DNA from: Octopus vulgaris
Lineage: Eukaryota
Reading direction: 5' to 3'
Length of the DNA: 64,000 bases
NCBI GenBank assembly: GCA_951406725.2
Contig: OX597834.1
Span: 42,904,001-42,968,000, forward strand
The notes below the pieces were generated by a model. It saw only the letters and a program-made list of their open reading frames with translations, was not told where the DNA came from and made no database searches. Shown in pieces: positions 41,087 to 54,618 of the stretch; position 1 is the first letter of the stretch; each line of letters begins with the position of its first letter. The translations under genes and the position numbers were made by a program.

Positions 41087-41512
41087 TGTTGAATTTTCTG
41101 CTGCTTAAAATAAAGCATATTACTCTACCACTGGTATTTGAGTACTCTTTTTTCCACCTTGTTTCACATTTATGTGTTTACTCCGGTATATATATATATA
41201 TACATATATATGAATATGTTGATGCGTATTTGTTTTTACCGCTTTGTGCTCGGAAATGGGTGTATATATATATATGTCTATATACGATTGTAATAACGCG
41301 TGCATATTTCATTCACAGCCCTTCCCCATGTGACGACTCCACGTATGCACACATGGGAACGACGAGATACTGTGACCCAACAGTTCTGGAACTAGCAGAC
41401 CATGACCGTTACTAATATATAAAGATGCACATGTATGTAGCTATCTGTATATCTAATACATATATATGTTACGTATATGTATATGCATATGTTTGTATGT
41501 ATAATATATCTA

Positions 41513-41583
<71 letters not shown>

Positions 41584-41832
41584 ACATACATATATATACA
41601 TATATATACATATATACATATTAATATTCATATATTTATACATACGTATCGAAGTATATGTATGTGTGTGTATGTGTGTTTATGTGTGTGTGTATCTATA
41701 TAGGAATGTATGAATGATTGTGGATGTATACCTGCGCTCTTGTTTGTCTTTCATATATTAAATGTGCTGCTTTATATGTATGATATATATATATATACAT
41801 ATACATACATATACAGATATATATTCACTTGT

Positions 41833-41864
<32 letters not shown>

Positions 41865-42045
41865 GTATACACACACATACACACATTCATACATATAGCT
41901 ATATATATGCATATGTATATACATAGATTATGCACATAGACAAACATATATACATATATATATATATATGTCTGTGAATATGTATATATATATGTATGTA
42001 TATATATATATATATATATATTACATGCATATGCTTATACATATA

Positions 42046-42097
<52 letters not shown>

Positions 42098-42589
42098 TGT
42101 GGGAGCATGTGCGCGTGTGGCGTCTGTGTGTACGTACGTGCGGAGTGTTTACTCTCAGATGGTAGATAAATCTCAAGTTAGTGATAACTAAATAAGAGAC
42201 CTACAGAGAAAGATATTAAGCGTACAGATTCCTCTCGCATATGTCTGTGTGAATGGGTGTCTATAAATTCCTACGTATTTCAGAACGTACATGTGTATAC
42301 ATCCTTCTCTATACACACGATTGCGGGTGTGTTTACAAAAATTCCTCATCATCGATATTAATTCCGTTTCAACTTCTGTAAGCAATATTGTTTCTCACTT
42401 AATTTCTCACTCCATGATTGTTGTTGTTGTTGTTGTTCTTTTAATATTTTTTCTTTTCGTATTTGTTTATATGTTTTTTTTCTTCTTTTTTTTCTTTTGC
42501 TTCATATAAAACGGTAATAAATAAAGATTCGTCGTAAAGGAACGTATTTAACCTCACCTGCAACACCGTGGCCATCCCGACTGCACTCC

Positions 42590-43076
42590 ACCATAACCGC
42601 CAGCTCCACTACCACTACTTCTACCACCACCACCACCACCACCACTACTACCACCACGGCCATCACCGCCACCACCACCAATAGCATCCCTACCACCACC
42701 ACCATCCCTACCACAACCACCACCATCACCACCACCACCACCACCATCCCTACCACCACTATCACAGCCACCGCCACGACCAACATCACCACCATCATCA
42801 ACATCACCACGAATATCAACACCATTATCTACATTTTCACCACTACCACCACCACCACCACTACCACCACCTAAACCACTGCAATCACCACCTCCATCAC
42901 CACCCTCACCACCTTCCACCTTATCATCATCACCACCACAATCACACCACACCACACCAGCATCACCATTACAAAACAACCACTGCCGGCATCACAACCG
43001 CCTCCACCACCACCACCACCACCACCACCACCACCACCACCACCACCACCACCACCACCAACAGCACCACCACCAC
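42590..43076. repeat. Degenerate (CAC)n array
   Basis: Read directly. Confidence 0.92.
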
Positions 43077-43438
43077 TTGCTCAACATTCCCCATCTCCTT
43101 TTGTTGACTCAATGATTTATTGAATATCTTATTATTTACTATCTCAGTTTTATAACCTCCTAACAACATATTTGATTTCTATATTAATATTCAAATCATC
43201 CATCCGCACGCCATCTCCATCGCATCCACTTCGGTTCACCGTCGCCATCATCATCATCCTCATCATCGCCACCCGCCATCGAACGCTAACACAATCTATT
43301 AGCAAAGCCTTAAAAAGCATCACAAACATAAAGATAACAGGCAACAAGACGAAGAAGAACATCATAGAGAACGTATAAAGAAACAACCTCGGCAGCGAAT
43401 GCATACATACGTACATTTATATATGTACATACATGCAT

Positions 43439-43505
<67 letters not shown>

Positions 43506-43677
43506 GACACTCATACATCCATACATACATACACACATACATACATGCACATATAATTATACGCATACATATCGGTGTGTATATGTATGCATAAATTATA
43601 TATATATATATGTTTATATGTATATATATGTATATAAATACGCGCACACATGTGCGTATGTGTATGCATATATACAT

Positions 43678-43710
<33 letters not shown>

Positions 43711-43769
43711 CAAAGAAATGTAGGTGTGTGTGTGTGTGCGTAGAAATATATATATATGTAAATGTATGC

Positions 43770-43841
<72 letters not shown>

Positions 43842-44314
43842 GTATGTATGTATATATGTATGTATGTATGTATGTATATATGTATGTGTGAGTATGTTTC
43901 TGTGTGATCTTCGCAATTTCTATTTAAATCTGATATATACCTGGTTACTTTATGAAAGAGATTATTTATATATATATTTTTTTTTATTGTTGGCGTTTCT
44001 ACAAAGTAGATTAAACAATAAAAAAAAGAACATAAATAATATCAGAGTATAATATAATATAATATAATATCACATAATATAATGTAATATAATATCTGTT
44101 ATGATATGATGTAAGAATAATTAATAAATAGAATAGCGCAAGAAATTGCTAAATGGGAGTTTAAATAGGTAATTGATCTCCGAATGTAGGAGAATCAATA
44201 ACAGAGATTAGCTTTATTTCGATAGCTAAGTAAGTGTGTAGATGCTGGAAACTAATGTTGGAGGAACGAAAATCAATACTCCAGAGTTAGTTGAAACACT
44301 ATTATTATTTACAT

Positions 44315-44790
44315 TTCAATATTTTCCTTGTTCAATATTTTCCTCTTTTAATATTTTCTCGGAGTCAAAATTTTCCGACCTCAATATGTCTATTCCGTCA
44401 TTTAATTTCTCCGTCAATATATCTGCTTTCGTTATCACCCTTAGTCAGAATTTCTCGTTGTCGAAATTTGCCAATGTCAAAAAATATATTGTGTAAAAAC
44501 ACTCGCTGTCAATATTTCCGTCATTTATTTATTTCCGTCATTTATTTTCTCCGTCAATATATCTGCTATCATTATCACCCTTAGTTAGAATTTCTCCGTG
44601 TCGGAATTTGCGAATTTCATTATATTTTGTGTAAAAAACACTATCTGTCAATATTTCCGTCATTAATAGTTGCGTGAATAAAAAAAAAAACAAACAAAAA
44701 AGACCTGTACGATGTCGACATCTCGCTGTCAATATTTTCTTCAGTCAAACTTTCCCGGTGTCAAAATTTCTCCCCGTCAAAATTTTTCGT
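44315..44790. repeat. Degenerate GTCAA(T/A)ATTT(T)CC-type short repeats with a 140-bp tandem duplication
   Basis: 44393-44525 is repeated at 44533-44664 (TTCCGTCATTT..TTTCTCCGTCAATATATCTGCT...TTATCACCCTTAGT.AGAATTTCTC). Confidence 0.8.
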
Positions 44791-44979
44791 TATCGATATG
44801 CGTTTAAAATCAGCGAGCTGGCAAACAGTTGGCGGCATTCTGTTACAATTTTACTATATGAAAATAAACTAGTACTTTCATGCGTTACACAATCGTCAGG
44901 TTTATGTAGTGACAGTCGTGTTCTACAATTGACAACTGTAATGAAATGCATGGATTTATCCTTCGAATATCCTCCGATA

Positions 44980-45011
<32 letters not shown>

Positions 45012-45987
45012 CGTCCTTGTATTTATGCTTGAACCCCTTGATAAATTCTGTTGTGTTTACGTACTATTAACTAGCATTTCGGCGAAAGTGACTGATAGAA
45101 TAAACAACACTCTTAAAGAAGAAAAAAAGAGTACACGGGCTTATACATTCGACTAAAAGTCTTTAAAGGCATTGTCCCAGCATGGCCGCAGTATGATGGC
45201 TCAAACAGATGAAAACATAGAAGATGCAAAAAATGAGATGCAGTAGAAGAAAGATAAAGGATCCCTTGATTTGGGTCCAATTTGTAACAATATGCTACAA
45301 GCTTTCCCGTTGGATTTTAAAATATCTGAACACAAGTTTCGATACACAAAGTAATAAGATATTGATGTTTAAACTCCTATATACAAATATTGCAGCCCTT
45401 ATTAACATGAGTTTAAAGATTGATGTATTCCCATACCTGCTTATGTATAATATTTTACAGTTTCTAATATCATTATGTTTAAAGACCGGACGTACATCAA
45501 TGAATTCATATCAAATATTGTTTTCGCTTATATAAACGTATATTTATGATGGCTGTATGATAACATAAAATGGATTGGCCGTCAACAAGATATGAGTCTT
45601 CGAAAGTGAATTTTCAGCTTTAAATAGTTTCGTCCAGTAATCTAACGATAATAGCTTATTTCATGGAGATTGTTCTTGGTTAAAATACTTAAGCGAACAA
45701 GAAGGAGAGAAATATAACTATTATCTTTATCCAACTGAAGACTGTTTATATCGAAATTTGCTATTCCAATAGCAACTTCTATGTACTGCTGAAAGTTCAT
45801 TTACCCTTATTAAAAAATCATATTATACATCTGATTATACTTTCTCCACTCTTATCACACTGCCATTCCTACGACTATAATTATTTTTTCATCGAATCCG
45901 AAAGGATGAAATAAAAAGTGGACCTCGGCGAAATTTGAATTCCAAATGTAAAGGCGAAAGAAATGACGCGAAGCATGGCAAAGAATT

Positions 45988-46353
45988 CATCAAGGTATCA
46001 TCCAAGGAATTGAAATTTTTACCATTAAGACTATTCTACAGAGACCTGAATAAGTGGAGATCCAAAGGAGCAATATCTGGTGAATATGGAGGGTGAGGTA
46101 ACACATCCCAGCCGAGCTGCAGCAATTTTTGTCTGCTCCCAAAGCATCAAGTGCCGAAAATGAACTTTCTTATCTTCCATTTTAAAGGGTTAAAGAATTA
46201 ACACAGGTCATAGGAACATAAACCTTCTTCCACGAAAAGATAGCTTGAACTGTACTCTAAATGGAGGTGTAGTCAAATCCTATTTTATGGACTCAACCAT
46301 GTTCTAAAATAAGTCGAAAGGTAAGCAACTATAAATCGGCACGAACTTTCCGG

Positions 46354-46358
<5 letters not shown>
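45988..46358 (-). mobile_element. Internally deleted mariner transposon
   Basis: Minus strand: TIR-like GTTGTCCGGAAAGTTCGTGCCGATT next to (TA)n; N-terminus MEDKKVHFRHLML (ATG at 46180) joined directly to RQKLLQLGWDVLPHPPYSPDIAPLDLHLFRSL*NSLNGKNF, the mariner YSPDLAP motif. Confidence 0.92.
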
Positions 46359-46395
<37 letters not shown>

Positions 46396-48279
46396 CATTT
46401 GTAATAATTAGTGTTCTGACGATGTACGAGTAGAAAATTTCGAAACAGATTGCCAATAGAGTATGCAAACACAAAAACCTGTGCGCACACCAAGATACAA
46501 ACATACATTAACCTGTAATATACACACACAATTACACACGTGTGTGTGTGTATATATGTGCGGGCGCACACACACATAACACACGCATACACACACAAAC
46601 ATGCTCACAAATCACACATCCATTTATCAACCCGAACATCTGTCAATCTATCCAGTCACTGAGCCGACAGCCTAAGTCATCAAAATCGTCTAACCAGTTA
46701 TCTCACCAACCAAATGTACATGAACGTGCACGCATGCACATACGCATACAAACACACACACACAAACAAACACACACACACACACACATGTATACTGTTA
46801 ATGTACTCTGCCTTCACTCCATCATTGGCTGTCGCTTAATAAATTAAAAAAAGGAGGTTTAATTTCAGTTTTATCCGAGACTATATTTCCTTCACACCTG
46901 GTAGAAATATTTAATGAGTTACAAACTAGGGGTGGGTGTGGTCATTTTGGGAGTTTTTTTAAAATTTCATTCCATTTTATTTTGCTATTTTTATTTTATT
47001 TTCATTTCATTCGCTCTGTGAAGATTTTATGATCATTTCAGTTATTCCAGACTTCACTTCCGGAACAAGAACAAAAAGAGAAATAAAAACTGAAATAAAA
47101 CGAAAAAAAAAAACGACACAGCAAAAGATTGCAAGAGAAATAAAAATAGATAAAAAGAAAGAGAAAAAAATGTAGAAAACTCCCAAAATAATAATAACGA
47201 AATACTAATACTCAAAACAAAACAATGACAACAGGAACAAACAAAGAGTCGTCATTCTTCTAATCCGGAATTGATGTTAATGGCTGTGACAGCTACGACA
47301 TTAACAGTTACAAGAACAATGATAAGCTTCTTATCAAATTTAATTAATCATTTAAAAATAAAATTGAAATTTAAAATAAATATTAATTTCTGAAAATAAA
47401 TAAAGAAAAAAATATGAAAATCCATACGTAAAGAAATAGTGAAAACATGCATTAGCTAAATATTTAAATATATCGAAGAGAGGCTGGCAATATTGGCAAC
47501 AACAACAGCAGCGGTTGGAGGATGGTCCTGCGAATATAACTTGGAAAAAATATGAATGAACAAGCAAGAAGTGAAAAAATGAAATGTGGGAAAAAATTAA
47601 CAAAAAATAAGGAGAGACAGGAGGGTGGTGGAAGAGAATAGGGATAGAAAACTCGGAAATAAACAGATACATAAATATAAACGAGAGAGGAAGTTAAGAA
47701 GGAAGAAAGGAATGAAGAAATGGAAAATAAAAGATTGGAAGAGAAAGAGTCAGAGAGGAAAGAAGTAATGAAAGTCGAAATATAGAGAAATCAGAGAAAA
47801 ATTTCGGAGAGAGAAGGTAAGGAATTGGTAGGGAAAAAAATGTATAAAGTGAGAAAAAGAATAAGAAGCAAATTGAAAGAGAAGAATAAACTAAGTCGAG
47901 AAGCGATGTGGGGGGGGGGCGGAGGAAAAAAATTGAAAAATTGAAAAAAAGAGAAAGAGCAAATAGGGAGGAAATACGGAAGGAGAGAATGAAGGAAAAT
48001 ATGATGGGTGATGTAGGGGAGACGGCGAAGAATTATCTGTAATATAAGTGAACATGTGTTTATGACAGAAAAGCATTGCAAGATGAGTTACTGAAAAGCT
48101 GCTTTAATGAAGAGAGACCGATTTTTAAGAATAAAAATAAATTGATAAAATATAATAAGTAGGGGGGGGCGGTTTTGGAGCGGTTGGGGGTGGGGTGAAG
48201 CGAGGTCGGTTTGTTGGTGGAGAAAAAAAGGAATGAAGTATGGGGTGGTGTACTACCACTGCTGTTGCTGCTATTGAAA

Positions 48280-48525
48280 ATGATGATGATGATGATGATG
48301 ATGATGGTGATGACTTTAACGATGACGACGATGTTGTACATACAACTGACATTAAAATTACTATCACTACAACAATAGCAGAAACCAATAATAATAATAA
48401 TAATAATAATGATGATGATGATGATGGTGATGATAATAATAATAATGAGAAGAAGAAGAAGAAGAAGAAGAAGAAGAAGAAGAAGAAGAAGAAGAAGAAG
48501 AAGAAGAAGAAGAAGAAGAAGAAGA
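48280..48525. repeat. Compound (GAT)n, (AAT)n, (GAA)n microsatellites
   Basis: Read directly. Confidence 0.95.
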
Positions 48526-48984
48526 ACAAAACAACAACATCAAGAACAAAACTAATGACAGCTATAACGAAAATAAACAAATCAAAACGCTTATATCATG
48601 ATCATAATTAATAATTAATCAAAAAGAAAAAAAAAGAAGAGGAAAAAGAATAAAAGGAAAAAGAGGAAAGCAGAATACATTAAAAAAGAAGAGTTTTAGC
48701 CTAATCTTAATGAGCGTGGGTTCAGGTGGGGGCGGGGGGGGGCAGCGGCGTTGTTTGATTATTAATTTTAATAACTAGCTTAATTCTGACTGAAGAAATA
48801 CTTAAGAATCAACGTTAGAAAAAAAAAAAGCAAAAAACGGTTAAAGAATAAAGAATAATTAAAGAGAGAGGTACTAAATATTGGTCTAATAGTGTCTTGT
48901 AGAGGTGGTTGGCTTCAGATATTTCTGGATTTCTCATGGATTTAGAATCATATAGACAGACATGTCATATGCAGATATAACGTT

Positions 48985-49264
48985 GTGGAGGCTCATGGTC
49001 TAGTGGTTTGAGCAGCGGACTCATGGTCGAGGGATCGGGTTCGAATTTCACACCGGGCGATGTATTTGTTTATGAGCGAAACACCTAAGCTCCACGCGGC
49101 TCCGGCAGAAGGTAATGGCGAACTTCTATTGACTCTTTCTCCACAACTTTCTCTCACTCTTTCCTCCTGCGACGGACCGGCGTTCCGTCCAGGTGGGGAA
49201 TCTATACGCCAAGGAAACCAGGAAACCGGCCCTTATGAGCCAGGCATGGCTCGAGAATGAACAA
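48985..49264 (+). mobile_element. SINE with family C-type head and V-domain-like tail
   Basis: GGAGGCTCATGGTCTAGTGGTT...GGTTCGAATTTC...GAGCGAAACACCTAAGCTCCACG; tail CCTGCGACGGACCGGCGTTCCGTCCAG...GAAACCGGCCCTTATGAGCC resembles the tail of 26003-26235. Confidence 0.85.
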
Positions 49265-51009
49265 CAGATATACTGTAAGGTTATGACGAAAACCATAACT
49301 GCAGGTGCGGCAATGGATGCGTTATGAAGTTCTCATTGCAACAACGTGGTGTTCTTAATAAACTCAATGCGCAGAATTTTGGGGAAAGTATTTTCAGATA
49401 TAGCTTAGGGTTGTCAAGAGGCTTCTGAGGAACCCTGTATGGAAATGATTCGATGGGTCTATTCTTATTCCATTCTATTTTCTTTTTTGGTGGTACGTTT
49501 TAAAATTCTTTGTCAATTTTTAGTACTACTATTTGGACCAGGTGAAACATTATGGGAGTTCACTCTGCAGCAAACATTCAAGCTCGGTCACGTGTCTGAG
49601 AATAATTTTCTTTCCCCACCATGCCCGCAGAGGTCTTTCGAGTGCTCTCGATAGACCTCTGCGGCTCGCACTTCATCTCTGAATTTGAACTTAAACGTAA
49701 CCCTTGAAATTCTACAGTTGTATTGAAAACTAAAGATTGTTGGAAACCTATAAAAGACCGCATTAATACCTTTCCAGATTGTTTTTCTGCAGCGATTAAC
49801 ACTTGAATTTGTATAAAATTTATATTGATGGTTGTGAAGATGTTGCCTTTGGACAGAATATCTTTGAAAACTATGTTCTTTCTTAGGCATTTGTTGAGTT
49901 TTTAATTGTTTAATTTGCTTTCTATTGTTTTTTTTATGATCTTGGTACTACTCTTAAAACTTAAAAGAGAATCTGAGATACAGCTTATGAATAACCTTGT
50001 AAACTAGACTTAATTAACCTGAAAAGGTCATTAGAAGTTTCACCATTTTTCTTAGAAATTGTCAGATAAAAATTAAGCCGTTTGCCATTGTTTTCTCTGC
50101 ATAAGCGTCGTGTCCGATCCTCGATCTAAACACGCAAGTGCTGTTCTATTTTAAGAATTACACTATATCTATTAGAATTAAGATGCCAACTTCTTTTGCA
50201 CTTAATGTTCACACTATTGTCACGTACTGTTCTCAGTGTAGAACTTACAAGTTTTATTGTTTCGGCAATCTGGGTGATACTCTCTCTCGCCTCAAACCAT
50301 TTAAGCAATCAAGTATAATATCCGGTGCAATCCATTTAGAGTTCCTTTTCACATTACAAACTTCACTTCCATCTAATGGAAGCTTTCTCAATTTTCTTGA
50401 ATTCTAGGTTACTGAAAAGGCAGCAGTTAGCAACAATTATCAAGGACAAATATGTAGGGAACATTTAATACCAAGAAAGAACTGTTTTATGAGAGAAAAA
50501 GGACGTTGCATTATTTTTATATAAGAATGAAAATAAGAAAACTAAAATATGAAGGTACGAGGTGAGAAGAAGCGCTATATGATTTAAATTAATTAAAGTG
50601 TACCAGGTAATTAGCATTCTGCCCCTTCTACCTCTGACATGAGATATAAAAATTCTACATTATAATTACAACACGTGTTTTGCTGACATGAAACATATGT
50701 AGCTACAGACATTCTCTTATGCAGATACAGTTATTGTTCTTCCAGTTAGTAATTCAAAATTTTGTTAGGTTCACAAAGAACAGTAACATTTCACTCAACA
50801 TACATAAGACAGCAGAGTACCACATTATGTCACGTGATTGATTTTATCATTTCATTCTTACTGCATTACCTTTGGATATCCTTGATGCTTATTTTGATAT
50901 ATGAATGAATACAAGTATACGATATATATATATATATATTCTGCTGAGAATATGCTTATGTCAACTTTAGCTCATTCTTGAGATTGTTTCCCTTCCTTAT
51001 TTGTTTTCT

Positions 51010-51496
51010 AATTTTGGTACAAGGCCGGCAATTTCGGGAGCGGGATGTCAGGTAAGTGGACTACATCGACCCCACTCCACTGTTTATTTGATCGACCCTG
51101 AGCAGATAAACCGCAATATAGATCTCGTCTGAATGTGAACACAAAACGTAAAGACAGACGAAACGGCGTTAACCATTTTCTTCAGCGTGCCATGGATTCT
51201 CCCTCCTTGTCGATTTATTTAATTCTAATAATGACCTTCGGAGATGTTGGGGGGAGGTGTTAAGTCGAGTCCACCGACTCAAGTGTTTAACTGTTACTTC
51301 CTCCCAAAAAACGAATGCTCTACTTTGTATTTTGTCCCTTCTGTGTTCAGCTCTCCGTGGTCAATAAACAAATCTAAATTTAATCAAATCAAAAATGTTG
51401 AAGTTTAAACTTGATCTTGACGGAATTTGAACTCAGAACGTGTAGACGACCGAAATGTTTCCGGACGTGCTAACGCTGCTGCCAGTTCGCCGCCTT
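51010..51496 (-). mobile_element. Two diverged SINE family B units
   Basis: GGTACAAGGCCGGCAATTT...ATCGACCC; CGGAATTTGAACTCAGAACG...GCCAGTTCGCCGCC. Confidence 0.75.
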
Positions 51497-52005
51497 TTCA
51501 TTTCCTTATTGTGACACATCCTTTTGAAGCGGAGAAACTCTTAATATGCCAAGAATTTACGTTTGAATAGTAAGTATTATTCAGGCAATTGTCTGTGTTG
51601 TTTAAATAAACGTCACTCGCCACAAATTTATTTCTCTTGGCTTAATTATATTTATTTATATTATATGTATGATTGTATTATATATACAAATATTCACACA
51701 AACACACACACATATATGCATACATGCTCATAATGACCCAAGCCCTCCTTTTAGCTGAATTTCTGAGAAACGTATAAGCATACATACATACATATACATA
51801 AATATATAAAAATACATACATAAGAGTATATATATATATGTATACACATATATAAGAGTATGTATATATACATATATCAGAGTATATAAATATATATATA
51901 GATATATAAGAGTATATATGGCCGCAGTCAACTAAGAACAAATATCAACTAAGTGAACAAATAATGAATATATATATACATACATATGTATATACATTTT
52001 TTATA

Positions 52006-52063
<58 letters not shown>

Positions 52064-52474
52064 GTTTGCACGACATTTACATTCACACAAACTATACACG
52101 AGCACACAAAGACACGCACTCGCTCACACACGAACACATGCATACACACGCATGCATACACACACATGCATACACACACATGCATACACACACACACAAG
52201 CACGCGCATACACGCGCATGCATTTGGAAAAAACATAAACTTCGACGATGCGCTCGCTTTAGCACCATCTCAGTTCAATACGCACACACTTACATATATT
52301 TACCTAGAACCAATTCGAAAAAAGTTCGTACGTTTCTCTACCAGACACACACGCTTTAGAACCTAAGGTATAAATTCGCTGAACAAGTTAATTTCTCACT
52401 TTATTCTTCTTCTTACATGTGGCTCCCTTTAATAACCACGAAGATACGTAGTACCCGATATAATTACTAAGGAG

Positions 52475-53285
52475 GGCGGCCAGCTGGCAGAATCGTTAGC
52501 GCGCCGGACGGAATGCTTAGCGGCATTTCCTCTGCCGTTACATTCTGAGTTCAAATTCCGCCGAGGTCGACTTTGCCTTTCATCCTTTCGGGGTCGATTA
52601 AATAAGTACCAGTTACTCACTGGGGTCGATGTAATCGACTTAATCCCTTTGTCCTTGTTCGTTACCTCTAGCTTAGCCCCTTGTGGGCAATAAATATATA
52701 AGAATTGTTAGCGCGTCGAGTGAAATGCGCAGCCGTATTTCGTCTGCCGTTACTTTCTGAGTTCAAATTCCTACGAGGTCAACTTTGCCTTTCATCCTTT
52801 CGGGGTCGATTAAATAAGTACCAGTTACGCACTGGCGTCGATATAATCGACTTAATCCGTTTGTCTGTCCTTGTTTGTCCCCTCTGTGTTTAGCCCCTTG
52901 TGGGTAGTAAAGAAATAGGTATTTCGTCTGTCTTTACGTTCTGAGTTCAAATTCCACCGAGATCAATTTGCCTTTCATCCTTTCGGGATCAATAAATTAA
53001 GTACTAGTTGCGTACTGGGGTCAATGTAATCAATTGCCTTTCCCTCCCCCAAAATTCGGGTCTTGTGCCTAGAGTAGGAAAGGATAGAATTACTAAGGCG
53101 ACGACCAGGATGAATCATTAGCTTGGAACAAATCCTCCGCTTTGTGTTCTTAGTTCAAATTCCACCGAGGTCGACTTTGTCTTGTATTGTTTTGTGGTTA
53201 ATAGAATAAGTACCAGTTGAAGAATGGGGTCAACGTAATCGACTTACCCCCTTCTGCGAAATTGCTGGCCTTCTCCCACAATTTG
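52475..53285 (+). mobile_element. Tandem array of four SINE family B units
   Basis: GTTCAAATTCC cores at ~52549, ~52761, ~52945 and ~53153. Confidence 0.92.
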
Positions 53286-53545
53286 AAGCCAGAGTAATGA
53301 TTCATTCATACTCCATTGCGAATATACTTATATGATAGATTCTCTTTGAGATTAAGACTGTGTTGAAGTGGGCGAGGATGGAAACGTTTAATTGTGAAAC
53401 ACAGAATCTTCGTTCATTCCACCCTTCGTTCTTTCCTTCCCCGTCTCTCATATTTCCTGGCCTTCTCTTCATGCTCACTTTCCCTCCGCTTTCACTTCAC
53501 TATGTCTCTTTCATTTTTTCTCGCCCCTCTTTAATTCTTCTACAC

Positions 53546-53894
53546 GCAGGCGTGGCTGTGTGGTAACAAGCTTGCTTCCCAACCACATGGTTCCGTGTTC
53601 AGTCCCACCGCGTGGCACCTTGGGCAAGGGTCTTCTACTATAGCCTCGGGCTGACCAAAACCTTGTGAGATTCGATAGACGGAAACTGAAAGAAGCCCGT
53701 CGTATATATATTTTTGCATGTCTGTGTTCGTCCCCACTCCATCGGTTGTTAAACGATGGAGTTACATCTCCGTAACATTAGAGGTTCGGCAAAAATGATC
53801 TATAGAATAGGTACTAGGCTTACAACGAATAAATGGTGCGGTCGATTTGTTCGACTGAAGGCGATGCACCACCATGGCCACAGTCAAATGACTG
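53546..53894 (+). mobile_element. SINE family A, full length
   Basis: GCAGGCGTGGCTGTGTGGTAACAAGCTTGCTTCCCAACC...GGCACCTTGGGCAAG...CATGGCCACAGTCAAATGACTG. Confidence 0.9.
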
Positions 53895-53896
53895 CT

Positions 53897-53955
<59 letters not shown>

Positions 53956-54618
53956 ATTAAGAATCAATTGAATTAGTTTGCGAATTTTTTTATCCACTCC
54001 TGGAATAATGCATTAATTATTTCAGCGTGGCTGTGTTTGTAGACAGTTAAAAAGAAAAAAAAAAAAAAAAAAATGAAACCATTGTTGTAGTGGATGGCCT
54101 CCCTTACTCTTCTGGCAACCAATATTTTTAGGCCCAGTCCGCCACTGTTTACAGTAGTAATCTCCCCTTTACAGTTACGCTATTCACCAGTTGCAACCGT
54201 ACTCTCCCCTTACCAATAATATGCTTTTTTCGGCTAATATACTAATTGCAAAATCATTTCATACTCTTCACCATAAAATAATCATATAAACACCAAATGC
54301 CAACTTTAACTGTAAACTTTTTTTTGAATGAGCTTAAGTCCCTTCGTTATTTTAGATAAAATCGGACATACTGACGACGGATGTCTAGGCAGGAACGTGT
54401 CGCGAACTGTCCATATATCTCCAAACGATGAACCTGTTCTTTTCTTCAAACGCATGTCTGCTTCGCAGATTCCTAATTCTTGAGATTATTTAATCTTCTC
54501 AAGATCAGTTGGTCATTATTGTCTTTTGATAATCATAAGACATCACTTACAGGCGCAGATAATTTTTAATCAATCGATTACGTCGTATGCTATTTCATAC
54601 ATCTGTATATGTCTATAT

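Larger units (their letters stand above)
40961..41188. mobile_element. Palindromic element (inverted repeat 40961-41115 plus tail to 41188) between (TA)n tracts, Penelope-like pseudo-LTR arrangement
   Basis: CTTTATTTTAAGCAGCAGAAAATTCAACAAAA... mirrors ...TTTTGTTGAATTTTCTGCTGCTTAAAATAAAG around CTAG (41038-41041); the tail is homologous to 19420-19502. Confidence 0.85.

Noticed and set aside
42760-42770. TATCACAGCCA, resembling the 5' end of miR-2
   Set aside because: Only 11 nt, inside a CAC repeat, with no precursor hairpin.
45730-45768. CTGAAGA...GAAA hammerhead-like motif
   Set aside because: Stems II and III do not pair.
52429-52893. Recurrent peptide WYLFNRPRKDERQSRPRRNLNSE in many ORFs
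   Set aside because: Translation of the non-coding SINE family B centre, not a protein family.
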